DNA from: an uncultured archaeon
Lineage (GTDB): Archaea > Micrarchaeota > Micrarchaeia > Micrarchaeales > CABMGC01
Assembly: GCA_963704435.1 (NCBI GenBank)
Contig: OY969902.1
Coordinates: forward strand, 90,001 to 122,000
Direction: 5' to 3'
DNA: 32,000 nucleotides
The notes beneath the pieces are model-generated. The model was not told where the DNA came from, did not search any database, and worked only from the letters and a program-made list of their open reading frames with translations. The first letter of the stretch is position 1, and the number at the start of each line of letters is the position of its first letter. Below are positions 24,715 to 32,000 of the stretch, piece after piece. A program made the translations under genes and the position numbers.

Positions 24715-25515
24715 TTGAGGAAATCCTATTTGTGCCTGACGCTCGCCGTGATAGCCGTCGTGGCGGTGGCACTGGCGGCTGTGACGCTCTTGGGTCATGG
24801 CAGTGCCGGCGCGCTTACTGCCTTCGACGGAGTTCCCGTCCCGCAGACGCTGGTAATCCGACTTAACGTTCCTTCCAATATCAGCTCCGCTGTCGGGACC
24901 GGGCTGGCCACTAACCTTCCGAAGAACGTCTCGGGAAGCCCGCTTTCCTTCGGAGGGAAGCCTGCCGTCATCTACATAGGCGCCGATTACTGCCCCTACT
25001 GCGCCATTGCCCGGTGGGGCCTCGTAGTCGCGCTGCTCAGGTTCGGAAACTTCACGGGCCTCGAGTACATGACCAGCAGCGCCAGCGACATTGCGGCAAG
25101 CACGCCGACCTTCACTTTCTCCAACGTCACGTACAGCAGCCAGTACATATCCTTCATGGGGGTCGAGACCGCAGGCAACAAGTTGGTCAACGGGACCTAT
25201 CCCAGGTTGCAGAACCTGACGCCCTCAGAGACCGCGATACTGAGCAAGTACGACGAGGGAAGCGGAATCCCGTTCATCGACTTCGCGAACCAGTCCCTTG
25301 AGCTTGGCGCGCCGTATTCCGACCCGACGGTGCTCGGAAAGGAGAACTGGACTGTGATAACCAACAGGCTCTACAACACATCATCCGTCGAATCGAGGGT
25401 CGTGTTGGGATCCGCGAACCTGTTCACCGCGGCGATATGCAGAGCTGACGGGAACCAGCCGGCCAGCGTGTGCGGCCAGGCTTACGTCGCGCCACTTGAG
25501 AGCAAGATAAAATAA
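24715..25515 (+). CDS. DUF929 family thioredoxin-like membrane-anchored protein
   Basis: N-terminal anchor [48 protein letters not shown] is the hallmark CPYC block of DUF929. The start is TTG. Confidence 0.8.
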   Translation: MRKSYLCLTLAVIAVVAVALAAVTLLGHGSAGALTAFDGVPVPQTLVIRLNVPSNISSAVGTGLATNLPKNVSGSPLSFGGKPAVIYIGADYCPYCAIARWGLVVALLRFGNFTGLEYMTSSASDIAASTPTFTFSNVTYSSQYISFMGVETAGNKLVNGTYPRLQNLTPSETAILSKYDEGSGIPFIDFANQSLELGAPYSDPTVLGKENWTVITNRLYNTSSVESRVVLGSANLFTAAICRADGNQPASVCGQAYVAPLESKIK

Positions 25516-25528
25516 GCGGCGGGATTCT

Positions 25529-26206
25529 CTACCTTACGTGCTCCAGGAACTGGACGGCGGCCCTTACCCCCCAGAAGAACTTGCTGCTGCCTCCCGCGAG
25601 CTTGGACTCGCCGTGCTCTCTGGGGTAGTACTTGATGTCGACCTCTCCCAGCCTGTCGCCCCTCTTGGCAGCCTCGGCTGCGAAGAACGCAGTGCCCGTG
25701 CTGTACGGCTCGACCCGGGACATATTGTCGAACGTGCTTTTCTTCATCACGAACAGACCGGTGAGGACGTCGTGCACCCTGGCGCCGTAGGCGGCGTCGA
25801 ATATCGCGCTGAGCGCCAGGTTCCCGAATCTGAGGTAGGGGCCCATAGAGCCCTCCTGGAGCTGGTTTAGCCTGTTTCCGAGCACGAAGTCCGCCCTGCC
25901 CGACTCCACCATCTTCACCGCCTCGGGCAGTCCGCCCACGTCGTGCGTGCCGTCCGCGTCTATGCTGGCGAGTATGTCGCCCTTCGCGCTCCTCATGCCC
26001 AGCATGATCGCGCGCGCGACCCCCTTGTCCTTCTGCCTTATGGCCCTGACTCCCGTCTTCTTGAGGCGCTCGTGGTACGCGCTGCTGCTCTTGTCCACGA
26101 CTATTATCTCGGTGCCGCTGCCCAGTTGCTCGTGGATCTCCCTGATGACCTTGAAGATGGTCACCTCCTCTATCGTTGGGATTATGACGCTTACCCTGTA
26201 CTTCAA
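25529..26206 (-). CDS. Glycosyltransferase family 2 (dolichyl-phosphate sugar synthase-like)
   Basis: VSVIIPTIEE, IIVVDKSS and SIDADGTHD (the DxD region) fit a GT-A fold of 225 aa. The overlapping alternative-frame ORFs were rejected. Confidence 0.85.
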   Translation of the reverse strand: MKYRVSVIIPTIEEVTIFKVIREIHEQLGSGTEIIVVDKSSSAYHERLKKTGVRAIRQKDKGVARAIMLGMRSAKGDILASIDADGTHDVGGLPEAVKMVESGRADFVLGNRLNQLQEGSMGPYLRFGNLALSAIFDAAYGARVHDVLTGLFVMKKSTFDNMSRVEPYSTGTAFFAAEAAKRGDRLGEVDIKYYPREHGESKLAGGSSKFFWGVRAAVQFLEHVR

Positions 26207-26261
26207 CCAAGCACCCGACTCAACAACATACGGATTCGGCGCTTTTAAACCCTTCCGCGGA

Positions 26262-27458
26262 TCAGATCCAGCCGGCCATCTGGAGGATTATCGTCACGCC
26301 CACCACGATGAGGAGAATCCCCGCTATCAGGCGCAGCTTCCTGGTGTTCTTCTCCCTGAATGCGTGCGCCCTCTCAACGCTGGTGAAGCTGGCGTAGACC
26401 AGCACGGTGATTATCAGCATCGGGAGCACGAAGAGCGCGTTGTAGTATGCCAGCCAGAGCGCTGCAGTGCCCAGCGGGAGGCTCTTCAGCAGGCTACCCG
26501 CCACGAAGTACGGGCCGGTTATGCACGGGAGCAGGAATGCCGTGACCAGAACGCCCGCGATGAACGCGGCGGGTATCGACACGAACCTGGTCATCGCCTT
26601 GTTGAGGTTTGGCTTCCAGCGCGTGGGCACCTTCAATATGAATCCCTTCTTTGAGAAGTAGTCGATGATGTTCAGCGCGCCGAGCACCAGCGTGAAGACC
26701 CCGAACGCGGCGTACACGTAGACGCTCTTCAGGTTGGACACCGCGAGCGCGGACTTTATCCCGAGGAGCAGCAGCACCCCTATCGCCAGGTAGAACACGA
26801 ATATGCCCAGCGCGAACGAGATTCCGCCGAGCAGTATTTTGTATCTCTTGTTCGGGTCCCTCATGAACAGCGTCGACAGGAAGAATATCAGCACCGCGAA
26901 CGCGCAGGGATTTATCGAGTCGACCAGCGCGAGCCCGGTAAGCTCGGCTATGCTGATTCCTCCGAGGCCTCCGAGGCCCGGGCTCGGCACAGGGGTGCCG
27001 CTAAGCGCGAAGGCCGCGACATTCTGAGAGAGGAATGCCTCGCACGGAGTGTCTCCCGCGCAGTACGTGCCGTTCACGAACAGTATCGGCACAGAGTCCC
27101 AGTACTGCTGCGAGACATTGTATCGCTGGAGGTAGCGGGACAGCAGGGACTGGTTCGTTATCGCGTCAAGGTAGGTGATCCGCAACTCGTACTTCGCGCT
27201 CAGGTTCGCCATGAATCCGTTGAGCGCCTCGCAGTGCGGGCATCCGGGCGCGTAGGCGAACACGATGTTTATGGGCTTTCCGTAGGTCCCGGTGGCGTTG
27301 ATGAACGTGATTCCTGTTCCGGTGGCGTTGAGGGAGCAGCTCCCGCTGGTGACATTGCATGTGGACGATGCGTTCGCGCACGCGATTATCATTACTGCCG
27401 CAAGCGCGAGCACCGCGATGCCGAACCTCATACTTCCAGCGGAGAAGCGCGATTCCAT
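26262..27458 (-). CDS. Thioredoxin-like domain fused to a CcdA/DsbD-type transmembrane thiol-disulfide transporter
   Basis: Signal/anchor MRFGIAVLALAAVMIIA; Trx-like FAYAPGCPHCEAL; DsbD-family TM motifs VDSINPCAFAVLIFFL and LLPCITGPYFVAG. The start was set at MESRF (27458), with an alternative MRFG start at 27431. The upstream part of the ORF is R/G/E-rich and looks non-coding. Confidence 0.8.
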   Translation of the reverse strand: MESRFSAGSMRFGIAVLALAAVMIIACANASSTCNVTSGSCSLNATGTGITFINATGTYGKPINIVFAYAPGCPHCEALNGFMANLSAKYELRITYLDAITNQSLLSRYLQRYNVSQQYWDSVPILFVNGTYCAGDTPCEAFLSQNVAAFALSGTPVPSPGLGGLGGISIAELTGLALVDSINPCAFAVLIFFLSTLFMRDPNKRYKILLGGISFALGIFVFYLAIGVLLLLGIKSALAVSNLKSVYVYAAFGVFTLVLGALNIIDYFSKKGFILKVPTRWKPNLNKAMTRFVSIPAAFIAGVLVTAFLLPCITGPYFVAGSLLKSLPLGTAALWLAYYNALFVLPMLIITVLVYASFTSVERAHAFREKNTRKLRLIAGILLIVVGVTIILQMAGWI

Positions 27459-27466
27459 TCGGCCCA

Positions 27467-27748
27467 CTACTTCTTGTCGAGTATCTTTATGACGTGCCAG
27501 CCGAACTCGGTCTTCACGGGGCCGACCACAGTGCCCTTCTCCCCGTCGAACGCCGCCTTCTCGAACTCGCGGACCATCTGGCCCCTGGAGAACCACCCGA
27601 GGTCCCCTCCGTTCTTCTTGGACGGGCACTCGCTGAACTGCGCGGCCAGGGCAGAGAAGCTCTCCCCCGCCTTTATCCTCTCCATTATCTCCTTCGCCTT
27701 TGGCTCGCTCCTCACGAGTATGTGCGCAGCGTGCACTTTGGATACCAT
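27467..27748 (-). CDS. Parvulin-type peptidyl-prolyl cis-trans isomerase (single-domain archaeal PinA-like)
   Basis: MVSKVHAAHILV...FSALAAQFSECPSKKNGGDLGWFSRGQMVREFEKAAFDGEKGTVVGPVKTEFGWHVIKI carries the full rotamase signature. Only the last 93 codons of the 392-aa track ORF look real. Confidence 0.9.
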   Translation of the reverse strand: MVSKVHAAHILVRSEPKAKEIMERIKAGESFSALAAQFSECPSKKNGGDLGWFSRGQMVREFEKAAFDGEKGTVVGPVKTEFGWHVIKILDKK

Positions 27749-27874
27749 GCTATCGCTATGTTGGTCTTCTTTAGGAATAAATAATGATACGTTGGGCCCA
27801 GCGAGAAATCGCACCGCTCCACTGCTCGGCAAAAACTTAAATACCCACAGAATACACAGTAAATCCGTGATTTC

Positions 27875-28753
27875 ATGGATAGATTCTCGAACCCTCCCGC
27901 ACTTCTTCGCGCCCGTGATCTGGTTGTGCCGCAGCCCTCCGACCTGAGGCTTAGCATCGAGAACAATCCCGAGTCGGGTGCGGAGATGATACCGCGCCTT
28001 CTGGAATCCGCGCTCATGTACGGCTGCAAGCAGGGGAGATTCAACCTGATGCTCGCTTCCGACGCGAAGGACAGGAAGCTCGAGGTCTTCTACCCTGCAG
28101 GGGGCACGCGTTTCATGGAGCCCGGATTGGCCAGGAACGTGTTCGCATACGTGTACGATACGATAGGCGGGGTCTACAAGGACCTGCCACAGGGGGCGAA
28201 GATAGGCTACCTGAACGAGATGGCGCGCATAATCGACAGGTATGAGCTCCGCGACGTGGAGGCCTACCACATGCACTGCATAGGCGACCCCTGCCTGTAC
28301 AGCGATTTCGTCGCCGTACGCCCGGACCGCGCGGTGCAGGGGCGCACTGAGATGTCTATGATAGAGCGCTACAAGGACTTCGCGGTCCTTAAGAGCATAC
28401 TGGTGCCGGAAGACGGGCACGCGTACGGGAAGAACGGCTTCCTGCTCGCGCGCGCTCTGCTGATGAGCAATAGGTTCGGGGAGGAATACGCAAGGCACAT
28501 GCTTGACGCGAATCCAGAGCACCTGAGGGAGGTGGTGAGGGCGATACTGAAGGTCGGCGCGCTGGGCGGGCTGCAGAACGATTCCGTGCAGGAGATCGAG
28601 AAGGCAAAACAGCACGTCTGCAGGTCCATATCGCCATTGCTCCATAACCTTGCGGGTGAAGTAGCGTCGTCAACGAACTGGCCGGAGTTCTTCGAGCTGG
28701 TTAAGTACGGGAGAGAGGTCTGGAAGAAACAGAGGCGCGACACGAGCATCTGA
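27875..28753 (+). CDS. Hypothetical protein
   Basis: The 292-aa ORF has balanced composition and is preferred over the R/H/P/V-rich antisense ORF. AAAAACTTAAATACCC lies about 35 nt upstream. I recognise no family. Confidence 0.6.
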   Translation: MDRFSNPPALLRARDLVVPQPSDLRLSIENNPESGAEMIPRLLESALMYGCKQGRFNLMLASDAKDRKLEVFYPAGGTRFMEPGLARNVFAYVYDTIGGVYKDLPQGAKIGYLNEMARIIDRYELRDVEAYHMHCIGDPCLYSDFVAVRPDRAVQGRTEMSMIERYKDFAVLKSILVPEDGHAYGKNGFLLARALLMSNRFGEEYARHMLDANPEHLREVVRAILKVGALGGLQNDSVQEIEKAKQHVCRSISPLLHNLAGEVASSTNWPEFFELVKYGREVWKKQRRDTSI

Positions 28754-28797
28754 GCAGGTGGGCGCAACGGCAATGGAAATAGGCGCGCAGTTTTGAA

Positions 28798-28846
28798 GCC
28801 AATGCTTAAGAACCCCGAAAAGCACAATTAATAGTGGGATGAAATG
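28798..28846 (+). promoter_or_regulatory. Conserved ~49-nt promoter/leader, copy A, ending at the ATG of 28844
   Basis: GCCAATGCTTAAGAACCCCGAAAAGCACAATTAATAGTGGGATGAAATGA aligns without gaps to 31186-31224 plus two further bases (42/49 identical), and the distance to the ATG is identical. Confidence 0.6.
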
Positions 28847-29407
28847 ATAGAAAAAGCTCTAACGTGCCAGGCTCCTCACGTAGTGGAGAGGGAAATTATC
28901 TTATTGAGCTTTGATTACGGGATGAAGGTCTACAAGTTCGACACGATACCGCCCGGAATCGATGTAAAGACCTACTTCGATGAAACAATATCTAGCTACT
29001 ACGGGACAATAATTCCGAATCATCTTTCCGGGGTAGGGTTCGTATACGGCTTCACCATAGGGGATAAGCCCGTGATAGGCATGGATATCATGTCGCTGAG
29101 GCAGACGAAATCGGATCTGAAGGGGAATCAGATGGTGGATTCCTGGGAAGTCGAAAACGGCAAATTGATACTAAGCCCGCAAGGCATAGCGTGCGAGGCA
29201 GAAGTCCTCATACTTGCTGAAGAAATAAGGGTGCGAAAGCAATCCGATGGCACGTATGGATGGCTGGCGGAGTGGCCTGACATCGGAGCGCTCGCTGCCT
29301 TGAATATGAAAGACGCTACAAACAGCGCGACCCTGGACTGGCTCAATGCAAGAAAGAAGGAGGAAGCGAAGTTGATCGCTACGTTGTATAGGAAACCAGA
29401 AAAATAA
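28844..29407 (+). CDS. Hypothetical protein (orphan cluster gene 1)
   Basis: The 187-aa ORF has a conserved leader upstream and short gaps to the following same-strand genes. I recognise no motif. Confidence 0.6.
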   Translation: MIEKALTCQAPHVVEREIILLSFDYGMKVYKFDTIPPGIDVKTYFDETISSYYGTIIPNHLSGVGFVYGFTIGDKPVIGMDIMSLRQTKSDLKGNQMVDSWEVENGKLILSPQGIACEAEVLILAEEIRVRKQSDGTYGWLAEWPDIGALAALNMKDATNSATLDWLNARKKEEAKLIATLYRKPEK

Positions 29408-29419
29408 GAGAGTGGGAAT

Positions 29420-29914
29420 ATGAGCTTCGAGCTAGTAAGAGGGCAAACAGGCACAGAGACGAACAGTAACGGAGGCGTATCGCAGACAGGTGCGCTGCAG
29501 CGGATTGCGACTCCATTCGAGAATGTGGTCTGTTTTGTGCGCGGAAGGCGAACCGAACTCGAAATGCTCAACAGGTCCGAAACAGATGAGACCGAAGGAA
29601 GCAAGTGGATTCAGAACGTGTACGCCATAGAGGAAAAGCTCCGCACCGCGATGATTAAGAAGGAACTTGCGGTAATGGGCACTTTCGGAGGTCCTCTGAT
29701 TGCGGGAGGTGGAGCAGTCATCGCATTGTCGGACCCTCATAATGCCGTAGTGCTAGCCCCTCTAGTCATCATGACGGCGGTAGGTATCGGCCTTTTCGAG
29801 TGCAGCACACAGAAGGTGACGAACTTGTCTGCTGAAATCGCAAGCCTTGCCGGAGAACTGAGGAAGGAGTATGCGGGAGTCCTTGAAGTCTTTGACATCG
29901 CGAACAGATTGTGA
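29420..29914 (+). CDS. Hypothetical membrane protein with a C-proximal two-helix TM hairpin (orphan cluster gene 2)
   Basis: The 164-aa ORF has a polar N-terminal half, then GTFGGPLIAGGGAVIAL and VVLAPLVIMTAVGIGLF. It starts 12 nt after gene 1. Confidence 0.6.
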   Translation: MSFELVRGQTGTETNSNGGVSQTGALQRIATPFENVVCFVRGRRTELEMLNRSETDETEGSKWIQNVYAIEEKLRTAMIKKELAVMGTFGGPLIAGGGAVIALSDPHNAVVLAPLVIMTAVGIGLFECSTQKVTNLSAEIASLAGELRKEYAGVLEVFDIANRL

Positions 29915-29962
29915 AGCCCATCCAAGAAAGGCTGGTACGAGCGGATTTAACTCCAATGTTCA

Positions 29963-30541
29963 ATGAACGCAGAAACGAAGAGTGCTATTGTGACCGGACG
30001 CGAATTGAATATTAATGTGGGAGATGCGACGCTAAAGGTCAACGCATGTAGGCAGATGGACGTGGCGCTTGCACCAGTAATCCCCTTATCCATAGTGGTC
30101 AGAGCGCTTGCTGGAAGGAAGGGAGGGGCCAAAATTCCGGAGATGCTGGAGGCGCTGGATAGCCTTGGAAACATCAGATCGGTGAATATGCCGTCTGACG
30201 TGGGCGAGAGGAAAAAAATGATGTTCCGCCTCCTGGAGAATCTTAGGGCCGTACGCTACCAGGACGGCAGGTGGGAGCTCGGAGTGTGGGGGAAGAACGA
30301 GAGCAACAGAAACATAAAGGATGCCCACTACCTCAATCGCACGGCCATCGAGGAGATGCTCGCGCAGTTCGATGCGTGGTGGCGGCAGAACGAGCAGAAA
30401 CGCGAGTTGCTTATGCAGCCGGAAAGGGACAAGAAGCAGCAGTGCAAGCTGCTGCCGCTCAAGGCGAACTTGGATCACAGCCTTATACGTGGGCAGGCCA
30501 AGTTCGAGAAGCTTCTCGATGCTAAGAATGCTGAAAAATAA
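29963..30541 (+). CDS. Hypothetical protein (orphan cluster gene 3)
   Basis: The 192-aa ORF has a charged helical C-terminus (EEMLAQFDAWWRQNEQKRELLMQPERDKKQQ). I recognise no family. Confidence 0.55.
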   Translation: MNAETKSAIVTGRELNINVGDATLKVNACRQMDVALAPVIPLSIVVRALAGRKGGAKIPEMLEALDSLGNIRSVNMPSDVGERKKMMFRLLENLRAVRYQDGRWELGVWGKNESNRNIKDAHYLNRTAIEEMLAQFDAWWRQNEQKRELLMQPERDKKQQCKLLPLKANLDHSLIRGQAKFEKLLDAKNAEK

Positions 30542-30561
30542 GATATTGCACAAATGACTGG

Positions 30562-31137
30562 ATGACTATGCAGAACGCCGATGGAAAGGGCAACGCAGGA
30601 ACCGCCGACCTGGCGCAGCTGGAAAGGGACGACCGCTTCGTCTATTACATATCGAACGTTGCGCCCGAGATTATTGCACGGGTGCCTTGGGAAAAGATGA
30701 CTCAGAGGGATCGCACGACCTTGAAGGGGGAGATGAAAGAGATTGGCTTCGAGCAGGACTATATCGCGATCAACGGCCATGCGCCGGCCTGGCCCAGGCC
30801 GACAAAGCGTGCGTATTCATTCAACAGGGTTTCTGAGGGTCTGGCGCAGCGTCTAGCTGAGTTGTGGGTGTTGAAGTCGAGCGCGGTCCGCGAGCTTTAC
30901 AAGGTGGACGACTCCGACCTGGTCAAGTGGGCCGACGCGTACAACACGACGGCTAGGCCGCTGGCCGAGGAGTACGACCACCTTCTCCCGAAGGATCCTG
31001 ATGGTTACCTGATCGGAAGGCCGGGGGAGTACCAGGCCGGGAGCGTGCTGAATGAGCTGCCGCCTTCTGCGGAGATAGTGATTCCCAAGCGCGCCGACGC
31101 CGGTGCCAAGCAGGTCCCCAGTAGAGTATTCAGGTGA
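30562..31137 (+). CDS. Hypothetical protein (orphan cluster gene 4)
   Basis: The 191-aa ORF has balanced composition. I recognise no family. Confidence 0.55.
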   Translation: MTMQNADGKGNAGTADLAQLERDDRFVYYISNVAPEIIARVPWEKMTQRDRTTLKGEMKEIGFEQDYIAINGHAPAWPRPTKRAYSFNRVSEGLAQRLAELWVLKSSAVRELYKVDDSDLVKWADAYNTTARPLAEEYDHLLPKDPDGYLIGRPGEYQAGSVLNELPPSAEIVIPKRADAGAKQVPSRVFR

Positions 31138-31185
31138 CTGCACCTCCCGCCGGCATCTTCAAGGGCAAATTTAACGCCAATGCTT

Positions 31186-31224
31186 AAGAACCTCGGAAGG
31201 CACAATTGACAGTAGGATAAAATG
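31186..31224 (+). promoter_or_regulatory. Conserved promoter/leader, copy B, ending at the ATG of 31222
   Basis: GCCAATGCTTAAGAACCTCGGAAGGCACAATTGACAGTAGGATAAAATG is the counterpart of 28798-28846. Confidence 0.6.
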
Positions 31225-31662
31225 AGCGTTGCGATATTCAATAAAGCTGCAGAGGGCTGCGTTGTCGAGATTCCTTCGAAGACCATCGAAACGCCAGCGG
31301 CTGCTGCAACATTGATCATGCCAAAAACCGCAGAAGCGGAAATATCCGACGGCACAGGCGCACTGAAGGCGGCACTCCAAAAAACAGAGGAAAAGACCGC
31401 GATAGAGATGCACAAAGAGGGCAAAACTACCAAGCACAGCAGGAATTGGAATGAAGAGGCCTGGAGACCGTCATACAGCTATATCGACGGGCTTGCAGTG
31501 ATAACGGCAGTCATCGCACTTGTCTATAGCGTCGAATACGCGGCCGCTTTCGCGGTCGGATGTGGAGTGACCATATTGGGATGGAGGTACTATAAAGGAC
31601 ACCAGAATGGCAAAAATGAAGCTATAAAGGCAGGCGAGCAGCCCGATGGCAAGTCCAAGTAA
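31222..31662 (+). CDS. Hypothetical membrane protein with a C-terminal two-helix TM hairpin (orphan cluster gene 5)
   Basis: The 146-aa ORF has a polar, Ala/Thr/Glu-rich N-terminus, then GLAVITAVIALVYSV and AAAFAVGCGVTILGW. The architecture is the same as gene 2. Confidence 0.6.
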   Translation: MSVAIFNKAAEGCVVEIPSKTIETPAAAATLIMPKTAEAEISDGTGALKAALQKTEEKTAIEMHKEGKTTKHSRNWNEEAWRPSYSYIDGLAVITAVIALVYSVEYAAAFAVGCGVTILGWRYYKGHQNGKNEAIKAGEQPDGKSK

Positions 31663-32000
31663 ATAGCGCCCGCACCGGCTTCCTGAGGTACGCGGTGCAC
31701 TGCGCGCGGCTGCTCTGAGCGCGCCGGGCGGAGAGGTTGATTCCCGCGCAGACAGAATAATGTTAGAAAAGCCCAGATAATTCTAGCAGAAGCAAATCTT
31801 CTCTTTATCTGCGTCCACGCGCCTGCTCGCTCCGACCTTACAAATTATCGATGAGAAATTTATCCGCTCTTTAATCGCAGATTAGGCGCTAATTCTGTCG
31901 TCGGAGCAGATGATTACCGGAATTTTCAACAGACGTTTTGAGTTATCATCAGCATGGTAATTTGGTCGCGAGTTCCATACCTATAGCAGGAAAAACGCCT

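Noticed and set aside
25482-26654. The alternative-frame ORFs 25482-26210 (-), 25538-25870 (+), 25943-26248 (+) and 25947-26654 (+)
   Set aside because: They overlap the GT2 and CcdA-fusion genes, which have clear motifs. The alternatives are extremely R/G/H/Q-rich or otherwise non-protein-like.
27459-27629. The N-terminal 57 codons of the 455-aa ORF 26262-27629
   Set aside because: The segment is R/G/E/P-rich and overlaps the parvulin gene. A signal/anchor sequence begins right after the internal Met residues (MESRFSAGSMRFGIAVLALAAV), so the true start was placed at 27458 or 27431.
27749-28645. The upstream 299 codons of the 392-aa minus-strand ORF that ends in the parvulin domain
   Set aside because: The composition is R/H/P/V/L-rich and protein-unlike, which is typical of an antisense shadow ORF in GC-rich DNA. 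The parvulin domain starts cleanly at MVSKVHAAHILV (27748). The plus-strand ORF 27875-28753 has normal composition and a TATA-like box.
31663-32000. The ~340-bp ORF-free tail of the window as a possible ncRNA or regulatory locus
   Set aside because: I could find no convincing stem-loop, repeat or tRNA-like structure by eye. It may simply be intergenic sequence or the flank of a gene beyond the window.

Overview
This is an archaeal chromosomal window. The evidence is uL30/uL15, a DRG-type GTPase, aCPSF2-like beta-CASP RNases, a Hef-like helicase, an archaeal parvulin, and A/T-rich TATA-like boxes about 25-30 nt upstream of many start codons, which suggests leaderless mRNAs. The lineage cannot be assigned from sequence alone. 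A small-genome, DPANN-like archaeon is a low-confidence guess. The GC-rich housekeeping backbone has a strong AGG/ATA/AAG codon bias and is interrupted by several visibly AT-richer accessory segments. (1) A compact ~4.9 kb island (6553-11446) is bounded by an 11-bp perfect direct repeat and by iterated 14-bp subterminal repeats. It sits between two tandem beta-CASP RNase paralogs, and the upstream paralog is frameshifted. The island carries an orphan Cys/His protein, an AbrB-wHTH-DUF488 protein, a four-copy TTAGGCGCCTAA palindrome array in the divergent promoter, and a tightly packed SWIM/DDE transposase, SPPY methyltransferase and putative PD-(D/E)xK endonuclease operon. I rate this the best candidate for an undescribed defence or mobile system. 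(2) An IS200-type tnpA with flanking TTTA-loop hairpins and one orphan gene lie beside tRNA-Phe. (3) An accessory stretch holds orphans and a Fic AMPylase whose promoter is bracketed by a perfect 14-bp inverted repeat. (4) A cluster of five orphan genes (28844-31662) includes two transcription units that start with the same ~49-nt promoter/leader. The other genes are pyrF/pyrE-like, GT4 and GT2 glycosyltransferases, a sugar nucleotidyltransferase, an ASCH protein, DUF929, a thioredoxin-CcdA fusion, tRNA-Gly and tRNA-Phe. I saw no rRNA or CRISPR array. All homology calls rest on motif recognition by eye, not on database searches.
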